Shown here: piece after piece, positions 5,268 through 5,558 of the stretch
Position numbering within the stretch: the stretch's first letter is position 1
Layout of the letters: every line of letters begins with the position of its first letter
From: a virus
Lineage: Duplodnaviria > Heunggongvirae > Uroviricota > Caudoviricetes
Direction: 5' to 3' (one strand)
IMG/VR virus record: IMGVR_UViG_2711768068_000018
Span: 1 to 5,558 of that record
DNA length: 5,558 nt
Position numbers and translations under genes: made by a program
Notes under the pieces: generated by a model
The model's database searches: none
What the model was told of the DNA's origin: nothing
The model's input: only the letters and a program-made list of their open reading frames with translations

Positions 5268-5558
5268 ATGGCTGTGCTTCGTACGTTACCGGGCAGAATC
5301 AAAACTCTGAACACCCGGCGGGTGAATATTCTGAAGGGTGAACAGCGTCGTGTCAGTGGCAGTGCACGTGTTTCCCTCAAGCGTCATATCTGGCTCAGGG
5401 ATGCCGGGCAGTGCTGTCTCTGTGGTCGTGTGGTTGACCTCTGTGACAGTGAACTCGATCACCGCATTGCACTTCAGTTCGGTGGTGGTAATGAGGAGAC
5501 GAATCTCTGGACGCTCTGTACCGAATGCCATCGACAAAAGTCTGCTCGTGAAGCGGCG
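5268..5558 (+). CDS. HNH endonuclease, phage packaging-associated type; 5' part, runs off window end
   Basis: Hand translation from ATG 5268 (GAGGA Shine-Dalgarno 5257-5261) gives 97 codons with no stop: MAVLRTLPGRIKTLNTRRVNILKGEQRRVSGSARVSLKRHIWLRDAGQCCLCGRVVDLCDSELDHRIALQFGGGNEETNLWTLCTECHRQKSAREA. CxxC...DH...N...CxxCH is the canonical HNH zinc-finger nuclease motif. Missing from the ORF track only because it has no stop within the window. Confidence 0.85.
   Translation, partial: MAVLRTLPGRIKTLNTRRVNILKGEQRRVSGSARVSLKRHIWLRDAGQCCLCGRVVDLCDSELDHRIALQFGGGNEETNLWTLCTECHRQKSAREAA

Noticed and set aside
5069-5537. ORFs 5069-5341 (+) and 5286-5537 (-)
   Set aside because: They overlap the DUF3950-like gene and the HNH endonuclease gene in other frames or antisense. 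The HNH frame has a canonical motif and RBS, these do not.
1-5558. CRISPR array or long direct or inverted repeats
   Set aside because: No regularly spaced repeats were seen. The only exact repeat noted is the 11-bp tandem duplication at 3315-3336.

Overview
This window reads as the late region of a lambdoid prophage from an enterobacterium (E. coli/Shigella-like, inferred from recalled similarity to lambda Rz/Rz1, phage 21 lysis proteins and IS629), with two insertion sequences at its 5' side. All identifications are from reading the translations and motifs by eye; no database search was run. Left to right: (1) the left end of an IS3-family element (IS629/IS1203-like) running off the window start; (2) a complete IS110-family insertion sequence (GC-rich, minus strand, DEDD-type transposase) sitting just upstream of the lysis genes; (3) a strong intrinsic terminator resembling lambdoid tR'; (4) a phage-21-type lysis cassette: single-start pinholin, an unknown 119-aa gene, a SAR-type GH24 endolysin, an Ant-like antirepressor gene, a possible 44-aa membrane peptide, and Rz with Rz1 embedded out of frame; (5) a roughly 360-bp gene-free, partly AT-rich spacer where lambda carries bor; (6) a small DUF3950/YlcI-like gene on the minus strand; (7) the 5' part of an HNH endonuclease gene running off the window end, the usual prelude to terminase genes in HK97-like packaging modules. 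I do not see a clearly novel multi-gene system. The items most worth follow-up are the candidate bridge RNA in the IS110 5' leader, the two IS insertions in the presumed late-control region, and the three extra genes inside the lysis cassette.
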